From the IMG/VR virus record IMGVR_UViG_3300009788_000007, positions 1 to 64,000 of that record: a stretch of 64,000 bases of DNA, one strand, 5' to 3'. Below the pieces are notes generated by a model, which did not search any database, was not told the DNA's origin, and worked only from the letters and a program-made list of their open reading frames with translations. Shown piece after piece: positions 51,168 to 59,492 of this stretch (the first letter of the stretch is position 1; each line of letters opens with the position of its first letter). Made by a program: the position numbers and the translations under genes. This DNA comes from a virus.

Positions 51168-51983
51168 TTAGCGTACGACCTTAGTGTTCCCTTTTGCAAT
51201 TGCCTCTAAGCTATTATTGATAGCATTTTGATCATTACCATCAACTTCACCTTTAACTACAGGTTTATTGCCACCCCCTGTGTTTCCTGCATTTTTATCG
51301 GATGAATCGCCAGACCCTCCACCACTGCCGGAATTTCCAGTACCACTAAAAGCAGCACCAAAACTATCTTTACTTTTCATTTCTTCGACTAATTGAGTTA
51401 TTGTCATTGCCGTACCTGCACTACCTGCAATGCGTGCCACACCTTCTGCATTAACAACTTCTGCTACAAACTTATCGTCTACCTGCTTCATCTTTACATG
51501 TTGTTTAACGTGCGGTAAAAGTAACTCAATAGAACCCCCAGCTTCTTGAATAGCCTTTGTTGCCTGGGCATCAATCAAGTTTGTTCTCAATTGCCCCATA
51601 GAGGCGTCCACTACTTGCTGCATAGTTGCCATCTCGGTAGTATGCGCTGTAATAAGATCACCTTTCATTCCTTCAAACTGCTCTTTAGCCTTAGCGTCCG
51701 GGTCCAAGTTTTTAAATTCTTCATACTTGGCTATGGCTACCTTTGCGGCTTTTGCATCAATACCATCAAAAACTTTTAAGGCTTTAACGCTTTCAGCGCC
51801 AGTATGCCTTTCAGTTTCGAGAGCTGATTTTAATGCGGCTGTGTTTGCAAATTCAAAACCGTCCATAGGTTTGATATCTGGGATGAATTTCCCAGGCTCT
51901 TTTGGGTTTTCAATGTACTCTGCTTTAATCACATCTTCTAGAGTGTCGTATGCTTCTTTGTTAATTACTGCTGCTAGTGTCAT
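51168..51983 (-). CDS. capsid scaffolding protein
   Basis: Coiled coil LKSALETER and Gly-rich C-terminus; start reassigned to ATG 51983 with AAGGA RBS. Confidence 0.8.
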   Translation of the reverse strand: MTLAAVINKEAYDTLEDVIKAEYIENPKEPGKFIPDIKPMDGFEFANTAALKSALETERHTGAESVKALKVFDGIDAKAAKVAIAKYEEFKNLDPDAKAKEQFEGMKGDLITAHTTEMATMQQVVDASMGQLRTNLIDAQATKAIQEAGGSIELLLPHVKQHVKMKQVDDKFVAEVVNAEGVARIAGSAGTAMTITQLVEEMKSKDSFGAAFSGTGNSGSGGGSGDSSDKNAGNTGGGNKPVVKGEVDGNDQNAINNSLEAIAKGNTKVVR

Positions 51984-52222
51984 ATTTAATCCTTGGGCGT
52001 CTCGCCCTGTTGGGTGGCGTCTCGCCACGTTTTAAAATACTGAGGTTTCGCTCAACTGCTTACTAAATAATATATGGTCTCAAAACAGACTTTTCAAACC
52101 CTTAAAATTTGGCGTTTCTGGTCCCTCCCTCCCTATAGGGGGAAATGTGGTTTTTAGAAAAAGTTTTAAATAGTCCTAAATAGTTACAAATATTTTAAAA
52201 TATTTCAAAGTATCTACACAAA

Positions 52223-54310
52223 TTAATCTAATTTTGCTTCAGCTGCACGCATCTGTGGAAGGGTAAGCTGCTTAGTTTTATCATTAAAAAAGAACTTATC
52301 GTTCAGCTTCCCGCGCCGAAATAACGCAGACCTTTCTTTGCCTAAAGCCATTTGCTGGGTAGCCTTTGACTGATTGCGTAACCACTGGGGGTATGTTTGA
52401 GTAGCCGGAACCTGCCCTTTAAAGGTATCGCTTGCTGATGCCCTGGTAGATGGTGGTAATTCATTAAGCCCTGGTATGCCTAAATCCTCAAATGATTTTA
52501 TTACAGGTACCGTGGTACTCCTGCAATTATGCACTAATAACCCATTAGCTAAATAAGTCTCGTCATCCACAACAGCTAGATTGTAAACATACCCGTTGTA
52601 GTACTCATCTACATTTGATATGCTTGATGAGGCAAACCAATTAGAGGGGGAGTTATGGCTACGTTCACTAAAAAAGAACTTGAAAAAATTATTAAAAGAG
52701 AGCACTGGAAATTGGGTAAACCTCTTAGACAAATTGAAAGAGAACTTGGGGTAGGTAAAACTGTTGTGCAAAGTAGTTGCAAACGCTTGGGAATTAAGAC
52801 ACGCACCAGAACCGAGAGTATTAGAAGTGGGCACGCTAATGGCCATCTTAAGGGGGCATCTGGTGCTGACCATTGGAGAAAACAGAATATCAAAAAAAGT
52901 AAAAAGCTTGCTAAACAAAGTTCTGCAAGAATGAAGAAGTCTAACCCAATGTTTGATAAAGGCACTAAAGAAAAAATTCTTAAAACACGTGCTGATAATT
53001 ATAGTAAAAATCCAACAAGACATGAAGCGGCACTTATTAAAATATTTCAACGCAGGGGTATAATATTTTGTTTTCAAAAATCTGTCAGGGGTGGTATTGC
53101 TGATTTTACTTTTGGTAAAGTTATCCTTGAGATTGACGGTAGAGGACATGCCAGCAGAAAAACTGCTGATGCTATACGGGATAAGGTCCTCAATACACTT
53201 GGTTGGCATGTTGTGCGAGTTAGTCAAGACAGCCTGCGTGATTACAGACGACACCCCAACGGCCATTGGCATCTTAGTAAACTTTTCAAAGTTTTGAAAA
53301 AGTACATCACCTGTACAAACATCCCTAGCATTAAGCCATCCTCTGGTTTTGGTAAGTATCGGGTGGTCGTCCGTGAGGCTAACACAGGTATTGAAAGACG
53401 TTTTTAGTTTTTTAATTTTACCGTTATGTGATTTAGCCATAACTGTATAAACTTTTTTCCATCTGTTTAAATGTGTCAATACCTCGTCACCTACCTTAAC
53501 ATCTTCAATAGGTGTTAAACCTTTTTTTGTAGTTATTAGAGTACCCCCCACAAGCGCATTAAAATGTTGGGGAGGCCTGGGGCCTTCACCAATTGGGAAT
53601 ACCTCACCATCAAGAGAAGCGCAGATAGGTGTTGTACGGCTGTCTAGTGTTGCGACATATTTTACTTTATCAATCACATCAGAATTTGCTTCGTAGGTTG
53701 CTTCTCTTGCTTTTACAGTTACCTCGGTCACAGATGTGCGCACTAACGTCTGCGCGTTATGGCGAGTACCATTAAAAACACCATCTGAAAAACCTTGTGC
53801 TTTTGTGCCGACAATCCTACGCGTCATATCCGGGATACTGTCACCCTCTGCTAAACCTATACTAAGCCGTCTTGTAATTTCATTGGCGTCCCGGTCTGCA
53901 TACTGATTAAAATATTTTTTAATAGTTTGCCCTCTTACTTTACCATTTACAATTTGCCGCATCACTGCTTGAGAGGGTACAGTTAGTGCTAATGAAATAG
54001 GGGAATTTTTATTAATAATACGTATTTGATTCTCTGCTTCATTATTTGCAATGTCTAAAAGATCACTCTTAAGGTCAACACCTAAACCCTTGTACCCTTC
54101 ACGCAAAAGTATTGTGTATGCTTTTCGCATTCTGATAAATCTATCCGCTGACATATTTCTGCGCAGTCTGCGGTTTATCTCTTTTTCGACATCAGGCAGC
54201 ACATCATCATTAAGCGTGGCTAAAATTTTATTGACTTCTTTATTACGCAGGCGCTCTAAAAAAATAGCATGCTTTATGGCCTCATCTTGTATGTCGTCAT
54301 TTATTGCCAT
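52223..54310 (-). CDS. head morphogenesis protein (Mu gpF / SPP1 gp7 family) containing an intein
   Basis: TLVRT...YVATLDSRTT.IC..LDG...PPQHFN | intein | CRST; spliced product 351 aa. Confidence 0.9.
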   Translation of the reverse strand: MAINDDIQDEAIKHAIFLERLRNKEVNKILATLNDDVLPDVEKEINRRLRRNMSADRFIRMRKAYTILLREGYKGLGVDLKSDLLDIANNEAENQIRIINKNSPISLALTVPSQAVMRQIVNGKVRGQTIKKYFNQYADRDANEITRRLSIGLAEGDSIPDMTRRIVGTKAQGFSDGVFNGTRHNAQTLVRTSVTEVTVKAREATYEANSDVIDKVKYVATLDSRTTPICASLDGEVFPIGEGPRPPQHFNALVGGTLITTKKGLTPIEDVKVGDEVLTHLNRWKKVYTVMAKSHNGKIKKLKTSFNTCVSLTDDHPILTKTRGWLNARDVCTGDVLFQNFEKFTKMPMAVGVSSVITQAVLTNSHNMPTKCIEDLIPYSISSFSAGMSSTVNLKDNFTKSKISNTTPDRFLKTKYYTPALKYFNKCRFMSCWIFTIIISTCFKNFFFSAFIKHWVRLLHSCRTLFSKLFTFFDILFSPMVSTRCPLKMAISVPTSNTLGSGACLNSQAFATTLHNSFTYPKFSFNLSKRFTQFPVLSFNNFFKFFFSERSHNSPSNWFASSSISNVDEYYNGYVYNLAVVDDETYLANGLLVHNCRSTTVPVIKSFEDLGIPGLNELPPSTRASASDTFKGQVPATQTYPQWLRNQSKATQQMALGKERSALFRRGKLNDKFFFNDKTKQLTLPQMRAAEAKLD
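52526..53557 (-). mobile_element. intein (344 aa; Ala1 ... His-Asn | Cys+1)
   Basis: Block A ALVGGTLITT, PIEDVKVGDEVLT, block B LTDDHPIL, block F VYNLAV...Y.ANG, block G LVHN/C; splits the conserved HFN-CRS motif. Confidence 0.9.
52655..53407 (+). CDS. HTH + Vsr/DUF559-like (EDxHD-type) homing endonuclease encoded antisense inside the intein
   Basis: GAGGGGGA RBS; PLRQIERELGVGKTVV HTH; RMKKSNPM DNA-binding segment; PTRHE...ADF...ILEIDGRGH...RDKVL..LGWHVVRV nuclease core. Confidence 0.85.
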   Translation: MATFTKKELEKIIKREHWKLGKPLRQIERELGVGKTVVQSSCKRLGIKTRTRTESIRSGHANGHLKGASGADHWRKQNIKKSKKLAKQSSARMKKSNPMFDKGTKEKILKTRADNYSKNPTRHEAALIKIFQRRGIIFCFQKSVRGGIADFTFGKVILEIDGRGHASRKTADAIRDKVLNTLGWHVVRVSQDSLRDYRRHPNGHWHLSKLFKVLKKYITCTNIPSIKPSSGFGKYRVVVREANTGIERRF

Positions 54311-54535
54311 TAGGTTTATTTTTCTTTTTAACAGTACGTTTAGTTATAGATCTTTTGGTTACAGATTTTTTAGGTGCAGTAGTTTTTTTAAGGTGTTTTG
54401 GCATCAGTGTCTCCCATTATTTTATCTATATAGTGTTGCCGCATGCCTTTATCTAAATGGATAAAAATTCTTTCCATCATTTCACGCCCACGTATACCGC
54501 GCTTGTATTCAAGATATAATAAAAACGCTAGTTCT

Positions 54536-56044
54536 TCACTCGTCCATTTCAAGTTCGCTATCATCTTGGTTTGTCCCATCATCATCGGGGTCATCATCGT
54601 CCCCTGTAATAAGTCCTAAAGCTGGGCCTTCAGCTAAAATAGCTTCTATCTCATCTTCAATATTTACATTTTCAGATAACACACTTCGGCGTTTCAACTC
54701 AGTTAAAAATGTAGTTTGTGATATTTCTTTAGCAGCTCTCATGTTAAAAAGAATTGTTAAATCTTCTTTATTGCTAAACACCACACCAAAGTCATTAAAA
54801 ATATCAAATGAAAAATCTTTAGGTAATTTTTTATTTAACCACCGCGCAGAAAATTCTGCAGATTTATTTAGGGCTTCTTCTTCTCGCCTAATCCAAGCTT
54901 GTACAGCACTCTCATTGTCATTAGCATCAATGGCCCTACCAGTAGCACTTACAGAAGGGCTTGTAATAACCAAAGGTTCAGTACCTACCACAGTCATTTT
55001 ATTTTCGATATCCATGATATCATCTTGACCTACTTTAATTGAATTTCCTGAATGTTCTACCCATTTCATATCAGCCTCATGGTTCGCTGTAGCAAATTGT
55101 GCACGAGGTCCTATAGTAATACCATTATCTACTTGTTCTTGTGTGACACCTTTAATAAAAAGTACACCTGCACGTGCAACATTAAGTAAGCTGCGTTGGT
55201 CAGAGTATGATTGCCAATGTGTAAGGTTTAACCAAGCTAGTTTTAAAAATGGTGGCTTTGCTGTTAGGTCTCCATCTTGATCTGTGTAGTAAGTAACTAA
55301 AGGTATCTCCCCAAATGTATGTGTGTCACTTTCCTTTAGAACCCAAGTACTAGAGCTATCAGCATTTTTACTTTCTTGCCATAGTTCCCATTTTGTACGT
55401 GTCCATCTTTTAATTTGTTTAACTACTTCGTCCCCAAAATCACCTTCACTAGAAATAAAACTTTGAAAATACCTTATCTCATCTAACTTTGTGTCCTCTC
55501 CCACCTTCCAGAAGAACAAATTTAACGGCGAAATCTCAGACCATACAGGCCTTGCCCCTGCAGATTTTTCTTCTGCTATTGTGGCTGTTCTTGGCACATC
55601 ATTTTTATCAAAAAATTTCATTGTGTTAAAATCTACAAGTACATGTGAAAGGCCCCACTTTAAAGATGTTCTAAAAAGGTCATACCCAAACTGAGTTACA
55701 CTCCTGCCTTTTTTATCCACATCTTTAAAAACAGCTTCTAAAGCAGGGTCTAAACCTTCAGTAGGAGCCCATGTAACCTGTTTTTTAAATGGTTTTGCAG
55801 ACAGCCTATCAATAGTGTTTCCCAAACCTTCAAACAAAAATGATCTATCTAACCTGTTTTCATATGCAGTTTGTGATTCGGCTTCCTGCTTAGGTAGCCA
55901 CTTGGTAGCACCTTTACGCATTGCTTTTGTGCCATCAAGTAAATCTGATATTAAATCCCAAGAGAACTTTTCACGCATGGTATCATAGCGTACTGAAGGT
56001 GTAGATACATCAGCTTTTTTAGGAGTACTTACAGTGTTCACCAT
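54536..56044 (-). CDS. portal protein (DUF4055-like)
   Basis: GT.AMR.....WLP....ES..AY..RL.RS; EIPLV; PP...LA.LN..HWQ..SD; upstream of gpF-like, scaffold and MCP genes. Confidence 0.85.
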   Translation of the reverse strand: MVNTVSTPKKADVSTPSVRYDTMREKFSWDLISDLLDGTKAMRKGATKWLPKQEAESQTAYENRLDRSFLFEGLGNTIDRLSAKPFKKQVTWAPTEGLDPALEAVFKDVDKKGRSVTQFGYDLFRTSLKWGLSHVLVDFNTMKFFDKNDVPRTATIAEEKSAGARPVWSEISPLNLFFWKVGEDTKLDEIRYFQSFISSEGDFGDEVVKQIKRWTRTKWELWQESKNADSSSTWVLKESDTHTFGEIPLVTYYTDQDGDLTAKPPFLKLAWLNLTHWQSYSDQRSLLNVARAGVLFIKGVTQEQVDNGITIGPRAQFATANHEADMKWVEHSGNSIKVGQDDIMDIENKMTVVGTEPLVITSPSVSATGRAIDANDNESAVQAWIRREEEALNKSAEFSARWLNKKLPKDFSFDIFNDFGVVFSNKEDLTILFNMRAAKEISQTTFLTELKRRSVLSENVNIEDEIEAILAEGPALGLITGDDDDPDDDGTNQDDSELEMDE

Positions 56045-56297
56045 TATTTTTTACTCCGCTTTTCTCCAACAATATAAGTGCAGCTTAAGTAACCCCCAAC
56101 ACCCCAGGCACTACCTACACACCACTTAACACTAATGTATTGATCTTCTGAGTATCTAAGCATTCGGTTGATCCATTTCTTTAGGATGATCTAAAAAATC
56201 TAGTTCTGATTCTATCTCTACTTCGTTGAAATTATCCCATTCAGGCAATAACCCTTTAAGTATTGAGAAAATGAATTCGCCAAGTGCAGCACACATA

Positions 56298-56549
56298 CTA
56301 AAAATTATCTATGGTCATATCATCATGTGTATGGCGGTCTTCACCACCTGGGGAAAATGTCACTTCAAACTTCTTTTTATCACCATCCCACCACATAGAC
56401 CAATTATGATCATGAAATCTTGAAGTGCGTGTACCGTCTAAAGTAGTTTTGCCAAATGCATGTGTTGCATTGTCATCAAGCCTTTTACCGTCTTCTTGCA
56501 TTGGCACAAACGCATGGCTATGGCCGTTAACTTCTGATGTTCTGGGCAT
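56298..56549 (-). CDS. His-rich hypothetical protein
   Basis: GHSH, FHDH and RHTH repeated HxH motifs. Confidence 0.55.
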   Translation of the reverse strand: MPRTSEVNGHSHAFVPMQEDGKRLDDNATHAFGKTTLDGTRTSRFHDHNWSMWWDGDKKKFEVTFSPGGEDRHTHDDMTIDNF

Positions 56550-56818
56550 TATATCTTCTTTCCTTGAGATGACTTATCGCCGTCACGTGAAGCTGCAAAA
56601 CCAAGCAGGACGCCAACAGCCCCCAAAACTATTTTCCACTCTGGGTTAGTTGTGGGGTCATCGTCAATGTAGTACTGCACTTGTGGAAAAATAATAGCAC
56701 CTGCAGTGACAACACCTGCAGCAGTAGTTTTCCAATTAGTTAAAAATTTAGGTTTCTTCATATCCCATTCCTTTGCTAAAAGTATTTCAATAATAGCAAA
56801 AGAATTTATTTTTACCAC
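56549..56818 (-). CDS. putative holin (2 TM)
   Basis: NWKTTAAG...TM...TM...A.RD pattern; true start is probably MKKPK at about 56761. Confidence 0.55.
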   Translation of the reverse strand: MVKINSFAIIEILLAKEWDMKKPKFLTNWKTTAAGVVTAGAIIFPQVQYYIDDDPTTNPEWKIVLGAVGVLLGFAASRDGDKSSQGKKI

Positions 56819-56968
56819 ATGAGGTTATTTAAGTATGATTTAGCAGCCTGCTCCCTATAGGGAGCGAGGGAGGGAGGTAAATAAATAGAAAAACCCCAAA
56901 TGACATAATCAAATGGGGTAAAAAGTAATTATTATGTGCTTAATATTATAGCAGATTTCTTATCTGGT

Positions 56969-57753
56969 TTATACTCTGTTCAATCCTTCCATTAAAATTT
57001 CTAAGGCTTTGTACTGGCTGTGGTGGAAAATTGTTTTACTCCTATCGTTTGCATTCTGAGCGTGAATGTACTCATCACAGTGTTTTTTGAATTCATCTTG
57101 ATAAATCTTTTTTAATTCTTCTTTTTCCATAATCTTCAATTCTTTCTGCCCTTGTTGGGCTGTTGGTGGTTAAGAAGTCGTTTCGATAGGGGTTATTTAG
57201 AGTTGACTGAATTTTTAAAACACTCAAAACTTAAGTACCCTAGATTTAAGTTAATTTTTCTTTGTTTGTAGATATCGTATGCCAATTCTATTTCCTTCAA
57301 TGTGTATTTCATAATCTTCAAATCTTTCTTAAGCATTTCTGCTAATCAATGGCCAGCGTCCCGCCTCGTATTCTTTTAAATCTGGGGCCGGTACGTACAC
57401 CCCATCTTTTGCTTTTTTATATTTTTCAAGTGCCAAAATATTTAAGTGGTCTTGTGGGCATGTGTGCCTTGTTTGCCGCGCTGTTATAAATTTTACTACT
57501 TGCATGGCTCTGACCAAACATTAGTAATTTCAACATCATTTTTAAACTGCAGAAATAAATATCCATGTAAATTATATAATGGCGTGCCTTCTTCTTTTTC
57601 GAAATCAAAATCAAAATAGTCTATATTTATTAGTTCTGATACAAGGGATTCGCAACCCGCAACTTCAGATAAAATACTTTGATCTATTGTTTTAATTTCA
57701 CCGTTACCTTCAAAATTAAGTTTCATAATCTTTTCACCTTTTGTCATTTCCAT
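56969..57753 (-). CDS. cluster of small early-type genes (57496-57753, 57329-57517, 57193-57312, 56969-57130)
   Basis: Downstream of the boxed promoter at 57760-57791; the two shortest ORFs were read manually and share the AGAAAGAWTTGAAGATTATG leader. Confidence 0.55.
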
Positions 57754-57759
57754 ATAACT

Positions 57760-57791
57760 ATAATACTAAACTACTGTACAGATGTACAGCA
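57760..57791 (-). promoter_or_regulatory. sigma70-like promoter overlapped by LexA-type box (57774-57789)
   Basis: TGTACA-17-TATTAT; CTGTACATCTGTACAG. Confidence 0.7.
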
Positions 57792-58248
57792 GAATAGTAT
57801 ATATTTTTAAAATTAGTTTAAATGTTTGAATTTTGCTGCATAGTTAACACATTTTATTAAAGCCTTGGCAAATTTACGTGCCCTTTTATCACTTTTTGGC
57901 CTGTGGTCATTAAAAAATATGGCCGTATCTACCATAGGGAATTTGTCTGATAACTTCTGCTTAACAAATTCCTGCAAAAATATAGGTTGTGGCTTATTCA
58001 TAATAAAAACTCCTTTTGCTAAGTCCTGTTACTTATGTAAAATCCCCAGGCACAAAGTACCTAGGGTAAAAAGTATTTGCTAATCTTTTTTCTTTGGCCA
58101 AAATTTAGAGATTAGCCAAACTGTGATATTTAATATCACAGTAAGTATGATAGCTGACCATATGATATAGCCAATATCTCCTTGTCTTGCCTCTCCTGGA
58201 AAGTCTTTTGCAATTAATAGTAGCATAATGTATACTCCTTTCTACTAG

Positions 58249-58283
58249 AAAAAGGCCCTGTTAACAGTTAAGTTAACAGGACC
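58249..58283 (-). terminator. rho-independent terminator
   Basis: CCTGTTAAC...GTTAACAGG stem followed by a T-run on the minus strand. Confidence 0.55.
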
Positions 58284-58304
58284 ACAAACTAAAAGACTTA
58301 CTTT

Positions 58305-58937
58305 TTAAAGATCTTTGATACCTTGCATAATAGCTTCGATCTTTTGTATAGCAACGGTATGAAAAACTACTTCTGTGTTTGCTTTTTCTTTTTTCACATC
58401 GTCTGCAGCCTTCACAGCTTCATTAGCTGCTAATTCTGCTTTTGCTTTTAGTTCTCCATGCTTCTGCACTGCTTCCTCCAGTGCCTTAAGCATTTCTTCT
58501 TTGTCTTTTTGTACCATAGGCGGTACCCTCCTTTCTGGCCTTTTGGCCGGTTAGTTGTTTTGTTTTATTTAGCTTAAAACATCCTCCACATTTGCTACCC
58601 ATTTAGCCTTGCGGCCATCACTAACACCCTCACGTTTACTATGTGTGGCTTTAACAATCTTAAACCATGTGTCTATCATGTCATCTTTTAATTCGTGAGT
58701 TATCCAGTCACGACCACCTATGATTAGCTCAACTTTTCTACGCAAGCCAGAACCCAGCACTACTTGCGCTTTCCAGTCAACACCTACTTTATGTTGGTTA
58801 GTTACTTGCCCTTCTATTTGGTTATCCCTCACTGTATCAATAATGTGGCTCTTACTGATGAGTGTTTCTATTGATTCAAAAATATCTTTCATTTTGTTTC
58901 CTTTGTCAGTTGTCATATAAATATTATCGTCTATCAC
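58305..58937 (-). CDS. two hypothetical early-type proteins (58305-58517; 58569 to about 58892)
   Basis: AGGAGG and AAGGA RBSs; downstream of the boxed promoter. Confidence 0.6.
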
Positions 58938-58954
58938 TGTATGCGTGTACAGTA
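58921..58954 (-). promoter_or_regulatory. sigma70-like promoter overlapped by LexA-type box (58937-58952)
   Basis: TGTACA -35 with GATAAT/TAATAT -10 region; CTGTACACGCATACAG. Confidence 0.65.
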
Positions 58955-59029
58955 CTTTATTAAAAAAATATTAAAATAAATATAATAGTGCGTTTTTTGT
59001 AAAATAATGGGGGTTATGGGGAAATAAAA

Positions 59030-59469
59030 GTACAGGAGGAAGGGCATACCGACCCTTCCCTTAATTACATCCTAGCATTGGAAGATACTCTCAATAATTA
59101 ATTCCTGCACAAAATGGTGGGATCTGCCAGATGTTTCCAGCATCGTGACTTTCTAATCACCGCAAAGGCTGTTAACCTTGAACGCCCATAATATGGGAGG
59201 AAGGGGAGGGACTTGCACCCCCTTTTAAATCCCCTCATCGCGTTTAGGGAAATACGGCTATCCGCTGCCTCGATTCTTCAGCATCACTTCCTATAAAAAA
59301 AATATGGTGGACGCGGCTAGGTGAGGGTGTCCCTCGATGTTCCCTACCCGTTTCCATGTAAAAATTGATGCTCGTTTGCCTCGTCACTTAATTTTAATGG
59401 TGATATTCTAGCCTAGATTGCTTATCGGTTAGGCGGTGATCTCTTATCACTATTGGCTATCCATTAAAA
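59030..59469 (-). ncRNA. array of structured, partly tRNA-like small RNAs
   Basis: Five GC-richer self-complementary units separated by AT-rich spacers; three end in CCA on the minus strand. Confidence 0.6.
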
Positions 59470-59492
59470 ATAACATCTGCTTAACAGTATAC

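Noticed and set aside
51984-52028. N-terminal extension MARRHPTGRDAQGLN of the scaffold ORF
   Set aside because: It translates the hairpin leader; ATG 51983 has the proper AAGGA RBS.
59115-59355. Canonical or suppressor tRNA genes (including tRNA-Sec to read the polymerase TGA)
   Set aside because: None has a 7-nt anticodon loop on a proper stem, no UCA anticodon is present, and no convincing SECIS follows the TGA. Reported as tRNA-like ncRNAs instead.
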